Shown: one piece after another, positions 27,211-36,312 of the stretch
Position numbering within the stretch: the first letter of the stretch is position 1
How the letters are laid out: every line of letters starts with the position of its first letter
From: a virus
Lineage: Duplodnaviria; Caudoviricetes
Virus record (IMG/VR): IMGVR_UViG_3300006151_000007
Coordinates: 13,242 to 77,241 of that record
Length of the DNA stretch: 64,000 nucleotides
Direction: 5' to 3' (one strand)
Program-made: the position numbers and the translations under genes
Notes under the pieces: model-generated
Databases searched by the model: none
Told to the model about the DNA's origin: nothing
Seen by the model: the letters and a program-made list of their open reading frames with translations, nothing else

Positions 27211-27461
27211 GAGGAGGTGAGCATGTGGACCATCCCCATTCTTTTGAGGACTACAAGGCCGCGCTCCAGGACACGCCCAGCGAACGTATCCGAGAGGAGC
27301 TGCTGGCCGAAGCAGACAGGGGCGGCAGGTTCTCCCCCTGGCAGATGGCGGAGCTTTCTATGGTCCGGGCGGAGTTGTGGGCGTGAAAGGAGCGCCTGGG
27401 CCGTCAGCATCATGCCGTTGGATGATCCAGACAAACTCTATACAGCAAAGGGGAAAGTCAA

Positions 27462-27998
27462 ATGAAAGCAAAAGATTTCTATGGCAGGAGCGTCGTGGAC
27501 AGCCGTGAGGTCGCGGCGATGGTGGAGAAGAAGCATAAGAATCTTCTTGCCGACATTCGTGGGTACATCGAAATAATGGAGAGATCTGGAGAGCTGAAAT
27601 TTCAGCCGTCCGAATTCTTTATCCTCAGTACTTATGTAAGTGAGCAGAACAAAGAGCTCCCTTGCTACTTGATCACCAAAAAAGGCTGCGACATGATCGC
27701 CAACAAACTCACGGGAGAGAAGGGCGTGCTGTTCACTGCCGCCTACGTGTCGGCCTTCGAGGAGATGCAGCAAGCCATCACGGCCCCCAGGCACATCCCC
27801 GAGGTCTCGCCGGGAGGGCTGGCCAAGCTCATCCTTGCCACCCGCAAGGTGATGCTGGAGGCTGGGAGCTCCTCCCTCGACGTGCGGGAGGCCACCAGGA
27901 GCATCTATGAGACTTGGCGCGTCCCCGTCCCGCCCGTGCTCACGAAGCATCTCCCCGACCAGATCAGTTTGTTCGAATGCCCTGCCTTGGAGCAGTAA
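27462..27998 (+). CDS. Rha family regulator, paralog of 18513..19064
   Basis: VDSREVAAMVEKKHKNLL...CYLITKKGCDMIANK; shared C-terminal GLAKLI domain. Confidence 0.9.
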   Translation: MKAKDFYGRSVVDSREVAAMVEKKHKNLLADIRGYIEIMERSGELKFQPSEFFILSTYVSEQNKELPCYLITKKGCDMIANKLTGEKGVLFTAAYVSAFEEMQQAITAPRHIPEVSPGGLAKLILATRKVMLEAGSSSLDVREATRSIYETWRVPVPPVLTKHLPDQISLFECPALEQ

Positions 27999-28066
27999 AA
28001 AGTTCCGTCCAGCGGTGCAAGCCGGACAGGCACAGCGACATATCTTTGAAAGAAGGAGATGATCCT

Positions 28067-28198
28067 ATGGCGATGTTCGATCCAGTCTGTGTTACAAAAG
28101 TGATGAGCGATATCTTGAGTCGCAGAGGTGTGGAGCTGATACTCGTGCCAAAAGGCGAGCCGACACCGTCTCAGGATCGACCTGAGGAGTCTGCATGA
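28067..28198 (+). CDS. 43-aa hypothetical protein
   Basis: RBS gaaggaga. Confidence 0.45.
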   Translation: MAMFDPVCVTKVMSDILSRRGVELILVPKGEPTPSQDRPEESA

Positions 28199-28348
28199 AG
28201 GTCCGCTGGATGGTCTTCCATCCAGCGGTGATGGACAAGCCCTATCGGATCATGCCTCAACGATGAGCTTTTGACGTGAAGGGTCGTCTGTGGTCTTGAC
28301 ATAGTTGTGGGTATGAAAATACATTTTGTAACTTTGAGGAGGATAAAA

Positions 28349-29137
28349 ATGATCGAACTGACAAGAAACTTTCCCCTGGACGTCATCGAGCAGGGGTTGA
28401 AGGACGAGGACTGGCGTGTACGGGCCGCAGCGATGGACGCCTGTCAGGGGCGAGAGGTGCCCTTGGACATCATCGAGCAGGGGTTGAAGGACGAGGACTG
28501 GCGTGTACGGGCCGCAGCGGTGAACGCCTGTCAGGGGCGAGAGGTGCCCTTGGACATCATCGAGCAGGGGTTGAAGGACGAGGACTGGCGTGTACGGGTC
28601 GCAGCGGTGAACGCCTGTCAGGGGCGAGAGGTGCCCTTGGACATCATCGAGCAGGGGTTGAAGGACGAGGACTACGATGTACGGACCGCAGCGATGGACG
28701 CCTGTCAGGGGCGAGAGGTGCCCCTGGACATCATCGAGCAGTGGTTGAAGGACGAGGACTGGCGTGTACGGGCCGCAGCGGTGAACGCCTGTCAGGGGCG
28801 AGAGGTGCCCTTGGACATCATCGAGCAGGGGTTGAAGGACGAGGACTGGCGTGTACGGGTCGCAGCGGTGAACGCCTGTCAGGGGCGAGAGGTGCCCTTG
28901 GACATCATCGAGCAGGGGTTGAAGGACGAGGACTACGATGTACGGACCGCAGCGATGGACGCCTGTCAGGGGCGAGAGGTGCCCCTGGACATCATCGAGC
29001 AGTGGTTGAAGGACGAGGACTGGCGTGTACGGGCCGCAGCAATGAATGTATGGCCAGAGGGTGATCACCACCGAACTGCTGGCCCAGGTCTACGAGACCG
29101 ACACCAACAACATCACACAGAATTTCAAGCGCAATAA
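28349..29137 (+). CDS. HEAT-repeat protein
   Basis: 29-aa units PLDIIEQGLKDEDWRVRAAAVNACQGREV; RBS gaggagga. Confidence 0.8.
   Translation: MIELTRNFPLDVIEQGLKDEDWRVRAAAMDACQGREVPLDIIEQGLKDEDWRVRAAAVNACQGREVPLDIIEQGLKDEDWRVRVAAVNACQGREVPLDIIEQGLKDEDYDVRTAAMDACQGREVPLDIIEQWLKDEDWRVRAAAVNACQGREVPLDIIEQGLKDEDWRVRVAAVNACQGREVPLDIIEQGLKDEDYDVRTAAMDACQGREVPLDIIEQWLKDEDWRVRAAAMNVWPEGDHHRTAGPGLRDRHQQHHTEFQAQ
28373..29044 (+). repeat. Tandem 87-bp coding repeat, 7 full units plus 1 partial, with 261-bp higher-order period
   Basis: Unit starts 28373, 28460, 28547, 28634, 28721, 28808, 28895, 28982. Confidence 0.95.
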
Positions 29138-29882
29138 AAGCAATTTTAGGGAAGGGGTCCATTACTTCCTGCTGCAAGGAAAGGACTTGGACTCCTTCAG
29201 ATTGCAAGTGACTGATAGTCATCTGCAAATTTCTCCAATGACTCGCTCACTTTACCTTTGGACCGAGCGCGGTGCCAACCGCCACTGCAAGATTCTGGAC
29301 ACCCCCAAAGCCTGGGAGCAGTTCGACAACCTGGAGGAGACCTACTTCATGGTGAAAGAGCAAAGGCGGGAGGCGGTGCAGGGGAAGCGTGCCAGCTCCG
29401 CAGAAGAACTGGCCGCCGAGAAGCGTGCCACCACCATGCTGCTCAACGCCAAGAACCGCGCCGCCGCGTTCCTCCAAAAGCTCTATGACCGGGCCGGGGT
29501 CAAGCCGGAGTATCAGGCGCTGGCGGTCAGTGACTTCTACCAGACCGACGGCGTCCACCTCCCGCGCATCGCCTTACAGGGCACGAAGGTCACCTATGAC
29601 AAAAGAACGATCGCGGAAAAGCTGGGCGTCTATTCCAAAGCCTCGGGCGGCAAGGCGCCCCACACGCAGGCCATGGGAGCGATCATCTCCGAACTGACGC
29701 TCTCGCCGGAGGAGCGAGAGGCGGTCCCTTACATCCGCAACGGCCATGATGGGACGGACTTCCAGTACACGCAGAGCGTCATCGACAAGGTCCGCAGTTG
29801 GTTGGAGGAGCGGGCCTGGCCGGATACGATCTCTGCCGGAGGCAAGAACTATCCCATCGTGTATCGAAAAGCGAAGGGATGA
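29046..29882 (+). CDS. ORF6N (KilA-N-like) domain protein
   Basis: GQRVITTELLAQVYE...F.EGVHYFLLQG...LYLWTERGANRHCKILDT.KAWEQF. Confidence 0.85.
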   Translation: MYGQRVITTELLAQVYETDTNNITQNFKRNKSNFREGVHYFLLQGKDLDSFRLQVTDSHLQISPMTRSLYLWTERGANRHCKILDTPKAWEQFDNLEETYFMVKEQRREAVQGKRASSAEELAAEKRATTMLLNAKNRAAAFLQKLYDRAGVKPEYQALAVSDFYQTDGVHLPRIALQGTKVTYDKRTIAEKLGVYSKASGGKAPHTQAMGAIISELTLSPEEREAVPYIRNGHDGTDFQYTQSVIDKVRSWLEERAWPDTISAGGKNYPIVYRKAKG

Positions 29883-29963
29883 GGGCACCTATCCCACATA
29901 TGTGGATAGGGCCGGAAGATCGTGTCGGCAGCGTTTTTTGTACATTTGAATGAGGAGGCAACT

Positions 29964-30251
29964 ATGGAAACGAAGATCGAAGCAGGTTCGAGAGTGTGGG
30001 TCGTAGAGCGCGACGAAGAAGGTCTCGCCTGTGAGGTGTCGGGGTATATGTTCCTCGCGGAAGTGGCTGGGTTCGTCATCGCGACACCCTATATCAGCGG
30101 CACGAAGCATATCGAAAGTATCATGGCCTACCACGCCCAGATGACCGCCGAGAATTACGACACAGATCTGGCCGTGCTCCCGGCCGAGGACTGCTGGCCC
30201 ACGAGAGAGGCCGCGCTCGCGGCGCTTGAAGAGGAGGGGGGAGCGCGATGA
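29964..30251 (+). CDS. Hypothetical early protein
   Basis: RBS gaggagg; ATGA overlap with next gene. Confidence 0.6.
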   Translation: METKIEAGSRVWVVERDEEGLACEVSGYMFLAEVAGFVIATPYISGTKHIESIMAYHAQMTAENYDTDLAVLPAEDCWPTREAALAALEEEGGAR

Positions 30252-30829
30252 GGAAGCGTCTGGACGATTTGTTCGCCCTGCTGATGCTGGCCTTCGGAGT
30301 GGCGGCGGTGCTGGCCGGCGGCTGGTGCCTGGCCCATTCCATCGATCGGGCCGGGGAGGAGGCAGAGCCTATCCCTGTGGCCAGCGTACATATCGAGCTG
30401 CCCCAGCCGTCCCTTGAGCCTGCGCCCGCGCAGGAGCCGCTGCCCACGCCGACTCCAGCGCCTTACGACCCGGACGTCCCACTGTCCCTGGAGCTCCAGC
30501 TCGTGCTCGACGAAGTCTGCGCTGAGACCGGGGTCCCTGTGGCCCTGGCCCTGGGTTTGATCGAGGTGGAGAGCGGTTTCCAGGCGGACGCCGTGAGCCC
30601 GTCGGGCTGCGTGGGCCTTTGCCAACTGAACCCCCTCTATTTCCCGGACGAGCTCTCCCCGGCGGACAACATCCGCTATGGTGTGCGCCATCTGGGCGAG
30701 CTATTGGAACGGTACGGGGACACGGCGGCAGCCCTCACTTCATATAACGCTGGCCACGACACCGGCGCGAGAAGCTACGCGGACGCCGTGCTCGCGGCGG
30801 CGGAAAGGTGGGGGGAGCTGTGTACATGA
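30248..30829 (+). CDS. Membrane-anchored lytic transglycosylase (SLT domain)
   Basis: N-terminal TM; LIEVESGF...S.SGCVGLCQL...ALTSYNAG. Confidence 0.8.
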   Translation: MRKRLDDLFALLMLAFGVAAVLAGGWCLAHSIDRAGEEAEPIPVASVHIELPQPSLEPAPAQEPLPTPTPAPYDPDVPLSLELQLVLDEVCAETGVPVALALGLIEVESGFQADAVSPSGCVGLCQLNPLYFPDELSPADNIRYGVRHLGELLERYGDTAAALTSYNAGHDTGARSYADAVLAAAERWGELCT

Positions 30830-30894
30830 GGTCTGGCCGGGTCCAGGAAGGGCAAAGTGAGGTATTGGACCGCATCGACCAGGGGGGAAAGGGA

Positions 30895-31866
30895 ATGAGC
30901 GGAGGACTACACCTTGACGATCCCCGGTCACAGTATATCGCAAGGATCAGTCACGGGAAAGACAGCCTGAAAATGCTGGATGTGATCGTGTCGCGCGGCC
31001 TTCGGCTCGACCGGATAACCACAACGGATATTTGGGCGACCGATACCATACGTGGGGAACATCCGGAAATGGTGGAGTTCAAAGCGCGGGCGGATGAATA
31101 CATCTGGCGGAGATACCGCATAGAAGTCGAACACCTATGCGCTATGAGGAACGGCGAAAAGGTCACGTATGAAAAGCTGTTTTACCATGTGCCGAAACGC
31201 AAGCCCGAGAAATGCAGGGGAGACATCGTCAACGATAAGGGAGGATCCTCGGGCCCCCGACGCTGTGGGGACCGTGGTATCGATCGGACCTCGCACGGAA
31301 CGCGAACGGACAGGCCGCAAGGCTTCCCTGCACAGATCGGGAGCTGGTGCAAGAAGCTCAAGATCGACTATATACGGATCCCAAGTCAGTGTCGGTCGGG
31401 AAGGGGATCTGCGTACCAAGCTCAAAACAAGGGCTTCCGGCAGCCCCACCGCATCGTGGAATACCTGGGGATAGCTGCGGACGAACCAAAACGATTCGGA
31501 CAGTTGAGCGACAGGAAACGCGCCCCTCTTGTGGAGTTTGGGATCGAAGAGGGTTTGTGCGGGCTTTACTGCCAGTATGAAGGGATACTTGCCCCAAGCT
31601 ATGGAGCGAGCTGCCGGGACGGGTGCTGGATGTGTCACAACCAGGGCGTGGACCAGCTACGACAGCTACGAAAAAACCATCCGGAGTTGTGGGCGCTGCT
31701 CCTGAAATGGGATGCGGACAGTCCGGTGTCCTTCAAGCCGAACGGCCGCACGGTACACGATCATGACCGGCGCTTCCAGATGGAGGACGAGGGCCTGATC
31801 CGAGCAGATGATAGGGGCTTTCGATGGTCCATGCTGGATGAACAGTTGAACTACAGATTGTTTTGA
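30895..31866 (+). CDS. PAPS reductase-like (PP-loop) protein
   Basis: SHGKDS PP-loop; YLGIAADE; RDGCWMCHNQ. Confidence 0.75.
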   Translation: MSGGLHLDDPRSQYIARISHGKDSLKMLDVIVSRGLRLDRITTTDIWATDTIRGEHPEMVEFKARADEYIWRRYRIEVEHLCAMRNGEKVTYEKLFYHVPKRKPEKCRGDIVNDKGGSSGPRRCGDRGIDRTSHGTRTDRPQGFPAQIGSWCKKLKIDYIRIPSQCRSGRGSAYQAQNKGFRQPHRIVEYLGIAADEPKRFGQLSDRKRAPLVEFGIEEGLCGLYCQYEGILAPSYGASCRDGCWMCHNQGVDQLRQLRKNHPELWALLLKWDADSPVSFKPNGRTVHDHDRRFQMEDEGLIRADDRGFRWSMLDEQLNYRLF

Positions 31867-31878
31867 AAAGAGGCAGAC

Positions 31879-31911
31879 ATGAGACCTATCTACGAACCGA
31901 AGGGCGCGGCG
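31879..31911 (+). pseudogene. N-terminal relic of a phage radical-SAM-like gene
   Basis: MRPIYEPKGAA with RBS matches a recalled start of phage radical SAM proteins, then similarity is lost. Confidence 0.35.
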
Positions 31912-32000
31912 GAGAGTGTCGACTACTGGAGGCCACCCAGCTATCCCCATACATCCCCACATGGCATCCAGGGAAGGAGCAGGATAGGGAGGTGGTCTAG

Positions 32001-33341
32001 GTGGAGCATTTAGGCGACATCACGAAGCTGAACGGATACGAGGTCCCGGTGGTGGACGTGGCGATCGGCGGGAGCCCGTGCCAGGATCTGAGCATCGCGG
32101 GGAAGCGGGCGGGGCTGGCGGGGGCGCGGAGCGGGCTGTTCATGGAGCAGGTCAGGATCGTGAAGGAGATGAGGGAGGCAGATGCAGGTCGAGGCCATGC
32201 AGGAGAGCTTGTTCGACCCCGATACATGGTGTGGGAGAACGTCGTCGGAGCCTTTAGTTCCAACAAGGGAGACGATTTCCGGGCGGTCCTCGAAGAGACG
32301 ATCCGGATCGCAGCCCCGGACGCTCCCGACGTTCCATTACCTGCAAAGGGACGCTGGCCTTTGGCAGACTGCTGGATGGGGGACGGCTGGTCCGTCGCCT
32401 ACCGAGTTCTCGACGCGCAGTTTTGGGGAGTGCCCCAGCGCCGCCGTAGGATCGCGCTTGTCGCAGATCTTGGAGGACACGCCGCACCGGAGATACTCTT
32501 TGTCCGCAAAGGCGTGTGCGGGGATTCTGCGCCGGGCGGAACGGCGGGGGAAGAAACTGCCGCCGGAGCTGAAGGAGGCGCTGGAACGGCAGTCGCGCTC
32601 CGGATGAGGTCCGGATGCGAGGGCGGCGGCAAGGGGGCGCTGATCCAGGTGGAGAAGAGCGGGACGCTTGGGTGTAACAACGATCAGACGATCTTTCGTC
32701 TGAACGATCAGGGCGGGAACGCCATCGTCATGCGGCAGCACAGGTTCGGGGAGTACCGGGAGGGCGTGGGGACACTGACCTCACACAACGGAACGCGCCA
32801 TGCCTCGGAAACGCTCGTAGTAGACGGGCAAGTGCGCCGTCTCACTCCGCTGGAATGCGAACGCCTCCAGGGCTTCCCGGACGGGTGGACGGACATAGGG
32901 CCGTGGAGGGACAGCGTGGGGAAGCTCCACAAGCAGAGCAGCGACAGCGCACGCTACAAGGCCCTGGGGAACTCCATCGCCCTGCCGCCCTGGGCCTGGG
33001 TGTTGAAGCGTCTGTGCGCCTGCTATGAGCGGCCCGCGACCATGGCCAGCCTGTTCGACGGGATCGGCGGCTTCCCGCTGATCTGGGAGAGGCTGAACGG
33101 CCCGGGCTCCTGCCTGTGGGCCAGCGAGATCGAAGAGTTCCCCATGGCGGTCACCGCATATCATTTTGGAGAGCCGCAGGAACGATGGAGAGGAGGACGG
33201 CAAATGGGCCGCTACTATTATGACATGGCAGGACGAGGCCGCGAGCTTCCGGAGCGTTCGCTGGAGCCGCCGGATTGTTGGCGGGAGGGGCCGGAGGAAG
33301 AGGAGGACGAGGACGATGCTGACGAAGATCCCTATCGCTGA
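32001..33341 (+). CDS. Circularly permuted C5 DNA cytosine methyltransferase, fused in frame to a 45-aa acidic ORF
   Basis: Order GGSPCQ, WENV, PQRRRR, RRLTPLECERLQGFP, YKALGNS, then SLFDGIGG and WASEIE. Confidence 0.85.
   Translation: MEHLGDITKLNGYEVPVVDVAIGGSPCQDLSIAGKRAGLAGARSGLFMEQVRIVKEMREADAGRGHAGELVRPRYMVWENVVGAFSSNKGDDFRAVLEETIRIAAPDAPDVPLPAKGRWPLADCWMGDGWSVAYRVLDAQFWGVPQRRRRIALVADLGGHAAPEILFVRKGVCGDSAPGGTAGEETAAGAEGGAGTAVALRMRSGCEGGGKGALIQVEKSGTLGCNNDQTIFRLNDQGGNAIVMRQHRFGEYREGVGTLTSHNGTRHASETLVVDGQVRRLTPLECERLQGFPDGWTDIGPWRDSVGKLHKQSSDSARYKALGNSIALPPWAWVLKRLCACYERPATMASLFDGIGGFPLIWERLNGPGSCLWASEIEEFPMAVTAYHFGEPQERWRGGRQMGRYYYDMAGRGRELPERSLEPPDCWREGPEEEEDEDDADEDPYR
32182..32607 (+). 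CDS. Nested alternative-frame ORF (M.EcoHK31I beta-like)
   Basis: SD gggagg before ATG; RLSQILE...YSLSAKACAGILRRAERRGKKLPPELKEAL. Confidence 0.6.
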   Translation: MQVEAMQESLFDPDTWCGRTSSEPLVPTRETISGRSSKRRSGSQPRTLPTFHYLQRDAGLWQTAGWGTAGPSPTEFSTRSFGECPSAAVGSRLSQILEDTPHRRYSLSAKACAGILRRAERRGKKLPPELKEALERQSRSG

Positions 33342-34302
33342 TATGTCCCATGAGGACTGGCTGGCGGAGCGGAGAAAGAGCCTGGGAGGCTCGGACGTCG
33401 GCGCGATCGTCGGGCTGCACCGATACGCCACGCCTTACACGGTCTGGGCCGAAAAGACGGGACGCATCCCGCCGAAGGAGGACAACGAGGCCATGCGCCA
33501 GGGCAGGGACCTGGAACGATATGTGGCGGAACGGTTCACAGAACGCTCCGGCAAAAAGGTGCAGCGATACAGCTATTTGCTGCGGGATGGTTCCGTCCCA
33601 TATCTACACGCGAACATAGATCGACGCGTCGTGGGAGAGCGGAGCGGCCTGGAATGCAAGACCGCCTCGTCTTGGAACGCCGCTCTGTACGCTGGGGGCG
33701 GCTTCCCGGAGAGCTATTATGCACAATGCGTGGCCTATTTGGCGGTGACCGGGTGGGAACGGTGGTATCTGGCGGCGTTGGTGCTGGGGCAGTCGTTCCA
33801 CATCTATCAGATCACGACCATAGCGGACGATGGAGCTCCTGAGTGGTGCGAGGGCAGCGTATATGTGGGCCCGGACGAGATAGATGCGCTGAAGCGCTGC
33901 GCTTCCGAGTTCTGGGAGAACTATGTCGTCCCTGACGAGCCTCCACCGCCTGACGGGCTGGACCCAACGGGGGAGGCCATACAGGAGATCTATGCGGACG
34001 ACGATGGCGGAACGGTCGAACTGTTCGGCCGCGATGGGCTCCTGGAGGACTATTTCCGGCTTTGCGCCGAGAGAGAGGAGACACAGCGGAGGATAGAGGC
34101 CATCAAGCAGACCATCCAGATGGACATGGGGGAGAGCACAGGCGCGGTGTGCGCAGCGGCTCACGTCTCATGGAAGCTCCAGCACCGAAGGAGCTTCGAC
34201 CCCGCGGCGTTCCGCAGGGTACATCCGGAGATATCACTGGAGCCCTTTTACAAGCAGACACAGAGCCGTGTATTCAAGATCACGAGAGAAAAGGAGACAT
34301 GA
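33316..34302 (+). CDS. YqaJ-like viral recombinase/exonuclease
   Basis: WLAERRKSLGGSD...G..LE...ANIDR...LECKT...YYAQC..Y. Confidence 0.9.
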   Translation: MLTKIPIADMSHEDWLAERRKSLGGSDVGAIVGLHRYATPYTVWAEKTGRIPPKEDNEAMRQGRDLERYVAERFTERSGKKVQRYSYLLRDGSVPYLHANIDRRVVGERSGLECKTASSWNAALYAGGGFPESYYAQCVAYLAVTGWERWYLAALVLGQSFHIYQITTIADDGAPEWCEGSVYVGPDEIDALKRCASEFWENYVVPDEPPPPDGLDPTGEAIQEIYADDDGGTVELFGRDGLLEDYFRLCAEREETQRRIEAIKQTIQMDMGESTGAVCAAAHVSWKLQHRRSFDPAAFRRVHPEISLEPFYKQTQSRVFKITREKET

Positions 34303-35150
34303 ACATGGAGAACGCGATCCAAAAGGCCCAGGCCGGGAAGATGGCCACAGGGAAGGCCACTACCATACAAGACTATGTCAAACGCATGGAGAAGGAGATC
34401 GAAAAAGCGCTCCCATCCGTCCTGACCCCGGAACGGTTCACCCGCATCACGCTGTCCGCGCTGTCTACCGACCAGACATTGGCGCAGTGTACGCCCAGAT
34501 CGTTCCTGGGGGCCATGATGACGGCGGCGCAGCTCGGCTTGGAGCCGAACACGCCGCTTGGGCAGGCGTATCTCATCCCTTATCGCAACCACGGCAGACT
34601 GGAATGCCAGTTCCAGCTCGGGTACAAGGGGATGCTGGACCTGGCCTACCGCTCCGGCGTGGTGAGCACGATCCAGGCCCACGTCGTCTATGAGAACGAC
34701 GAGTTCGATCATGAGTTCGGGCTGGAACCGAAGCTCCGTCACGTCCCGGCGAAACGGGACCGGGGCGCGCCTGTATGGTTTTACGCCGTGTTCCGGACGA
34801 AGGATGATGGATACGGTTTCGATGTGATGAGCGTGGAGGAGATCAGGGCCCACGCTCAGAAGTACAGCAAGGCATATAAGAACGGCCCGTGGCAGACGAA
34901 CTTCGAGGAGATGGCGAAGAAAACGGTGTTGAAGCGGGCGCTGAAATACGCGCCGCTCAAGACGGAGTTCGTCCGGGCCGTGGCTTCTGACGAGACGATC
35001 AGGTCCGGGCTGTCCGACGACATGTTCGACCTGCCCGATGAGACGGTCATCGAGACGGAGGATTATGAGGTCGGCGAGGTCACCGGGGAGCTGCCGCTCG
35101 GCGGCGAGGATGGCCCGAAGGGAGCCGCGTCAGGAGAGGGCTCCCATTGA
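34299..35150 (+). CDS. recT: RecT single-strand annealing protein
   Basis: AAQLGLEPNTPLGQAYLIPY...QFQLGYKG...FEEMAKKTVLK. Confidence 0.9.
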   Translation: MNMENAIQKAQAGKMATGKATTIQDYVKRMEKEIEKALPSVLTPERFTRITLSALSTDQTLAQCTPRSFLGAMMTAAQLGLEPNTPLGQAYLIPYRNHGRLECQFQLGYKGMLDLAYRSGVVSTIQAHVVYENDEFDHEFGLEPKLRHVPAKRDRGAPVWFYAVFRTKDDGYGFDVMSVEEIRAHAQKYSKAYKNGPWQTNFEEMAKKTVLKRALKYAPLKTEFVRAVASDETIRSGLSDDMFDLPDETVIETEDYEVGEVTGELPLGGEDGPKGAASGEGSH

Positions 35151-35279
35151 CATCGTCACCCAGGCGGAGCCGGATGCGGTGTGGCTGGCGGGGCAAGGCG
35201 CCAGTCACACCGGCCGCCGGCACAGGCGGAAGGGCGAAGACAAGAGCGCGATCTACATTGAGTACAGGAGGGATACGAA

Positions 35280-35714
35280 TTGCTGAACCATATCGTCATC
35301 ATGGGCCGCCTGGCCCGCGACCCGGAGCTGCGCCACACCCAAAGCGGCATCCCCGTGGCCAGCTTCCGCCTCGCGGTGGACCGGGACTTCAAGGACAAGA
35401 ACACCGGCGAGCGCGCCACTGACTGGATCGACGTGGTGGCCTGGCGGGGCGCCGGCGAGTTCGTCAGCCGTTATTTCACCAAGGGCCGCATGGCCGTGGT
35501 GGAGGGGCGGCTGCAGATGCGGGACTGGACGGACAAAGACGGCGACCGCCGCACTTCCGCCGAGGTGGTGGCGGACAGCGTATACTTCGCCGATGCCCGG
35601 CGGGACAGCGACAGCGCCGGCACGTCCGGGAGCCCTCAGGCCCCGGCGGGACATGGCGCTGCGCCGGGCGGCTGGACCTCCGGACCGACCGACGACGGCT
35701 CCCTTCCCTTCTGA
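35280..35714 (+). CDS. ssb: Single-stranded DNA-binding protein
   Basis: LNHIVIMGRLARDPELR...EGRLQMR...acidic LPF tail. Confidence 0.95.
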   Translation: MLNHIVIMGRLARDPELRHTQSGIPVASFRLAVDRDFKDKNTGERATDWIDVVAWRGAGEFVSRYFTKGRMAVVEGRLQMRDWTDKDGDRRTSAEVVADSVYFADARRDSDSAGTSGSPQAPAGHGAAPGGWTSGPTDDGSLPF

Positions 35715-35727
35715 GGCGGTGAGGCGA

Positions 35728-36045
35728 GTGACCTACATCGACTATCTGAACGACTTCAACCAATGGCTCGAAACCAACGCTCTGCCAGCGTCCTCACAAT
35801 TGATGTTCTACAAATTATTGTACGTCTTCAATAGAGCGGGTTGGCCGGAGTACGTAGGAGTAGATAACTTGCGGTTGATGCTCATGACAGATACCAAGTC
35901 TGAAAAAACGGTCATCCGTGCGCGGGACAAGCTGGTGGAGGCCGGGTTCATCACCTACAAAAAGGGGCGGAAGGGGATGCCGAACCAATACGCTCTTTGT
36001 GAGAAACACTGTAAAAATTACAGTATAAACGACAGTGTATCTTAA
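35728..36045 (+). CDS. Replication initiator, winged-helix N-terminal part (apparently truncated)
   Basis: LMFYKLL..FNRAGW...RARDKLVEAGFI; stop just before the iteron array. Confidence 0.65.
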   Translation: MTYIDYLNDFNQWLETNALPASSQLMFYKLLYVFNRAGWPEYVGVDNLRLMLMTDTKSEKTVIRARDKLVEAGFITYKKGRKGMPNQYALCEKHCKNYSINDSVS

Positions 36046-36169
36046 AAATATACTGTAACCATTACAGTGTATCCGCCAGTATATCCACCAGTATATCCGC
36101 CAGTGTATCCGCCAGTATATCCGCCAGCCATATAAAGACAAAGACATAGACAAAGACAAAGACGTAGAT
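36008..36169. repeat. Putative replication origin: two ACTGTAA-NNN-TTACAGT palindromes, 5 x 12-bp iterons, 6 x 6-bp repeats
   Basis: Palindromes 36008-36024 and 36052-36068; cagt(g/a)tatcc(g/a)c at 36065-36124; aaagac-type units 36134-36169. Confidence 0.8.
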
Positions 36170-36312
36170 ATACTGACCTGTTACGTAGTGCTCCTGTATA
36201 GACGTTCTAAGACTTGAAACTATCATCCTCCTAACGAAAGAGGAGGAGACTTATACCTGGTACGTAGGCGCGGAGGCTTCCTCTCCGCCTTCTCGACAAG
36301 AGGTGAGGTTTT

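Noticed and set aside
27117-27465. Overlapping ORFs 27117..27434 (-) and 27217..27465 (+)
   Set aside because: Could not decide which, if either, is real; no motif support
28373-29044. Regular repeat array as CRISPR
   Set aside because: 87-bp units are contiguous, in-frame coding repeats with no unique spacers; no cas genes
31169-31474. Alternative-frame ORF inside the PAPS-reductase-like gene as a second nested gene
   Set aside because: No clear SD and low-complexity product, unlike the nested ORF in the MTase
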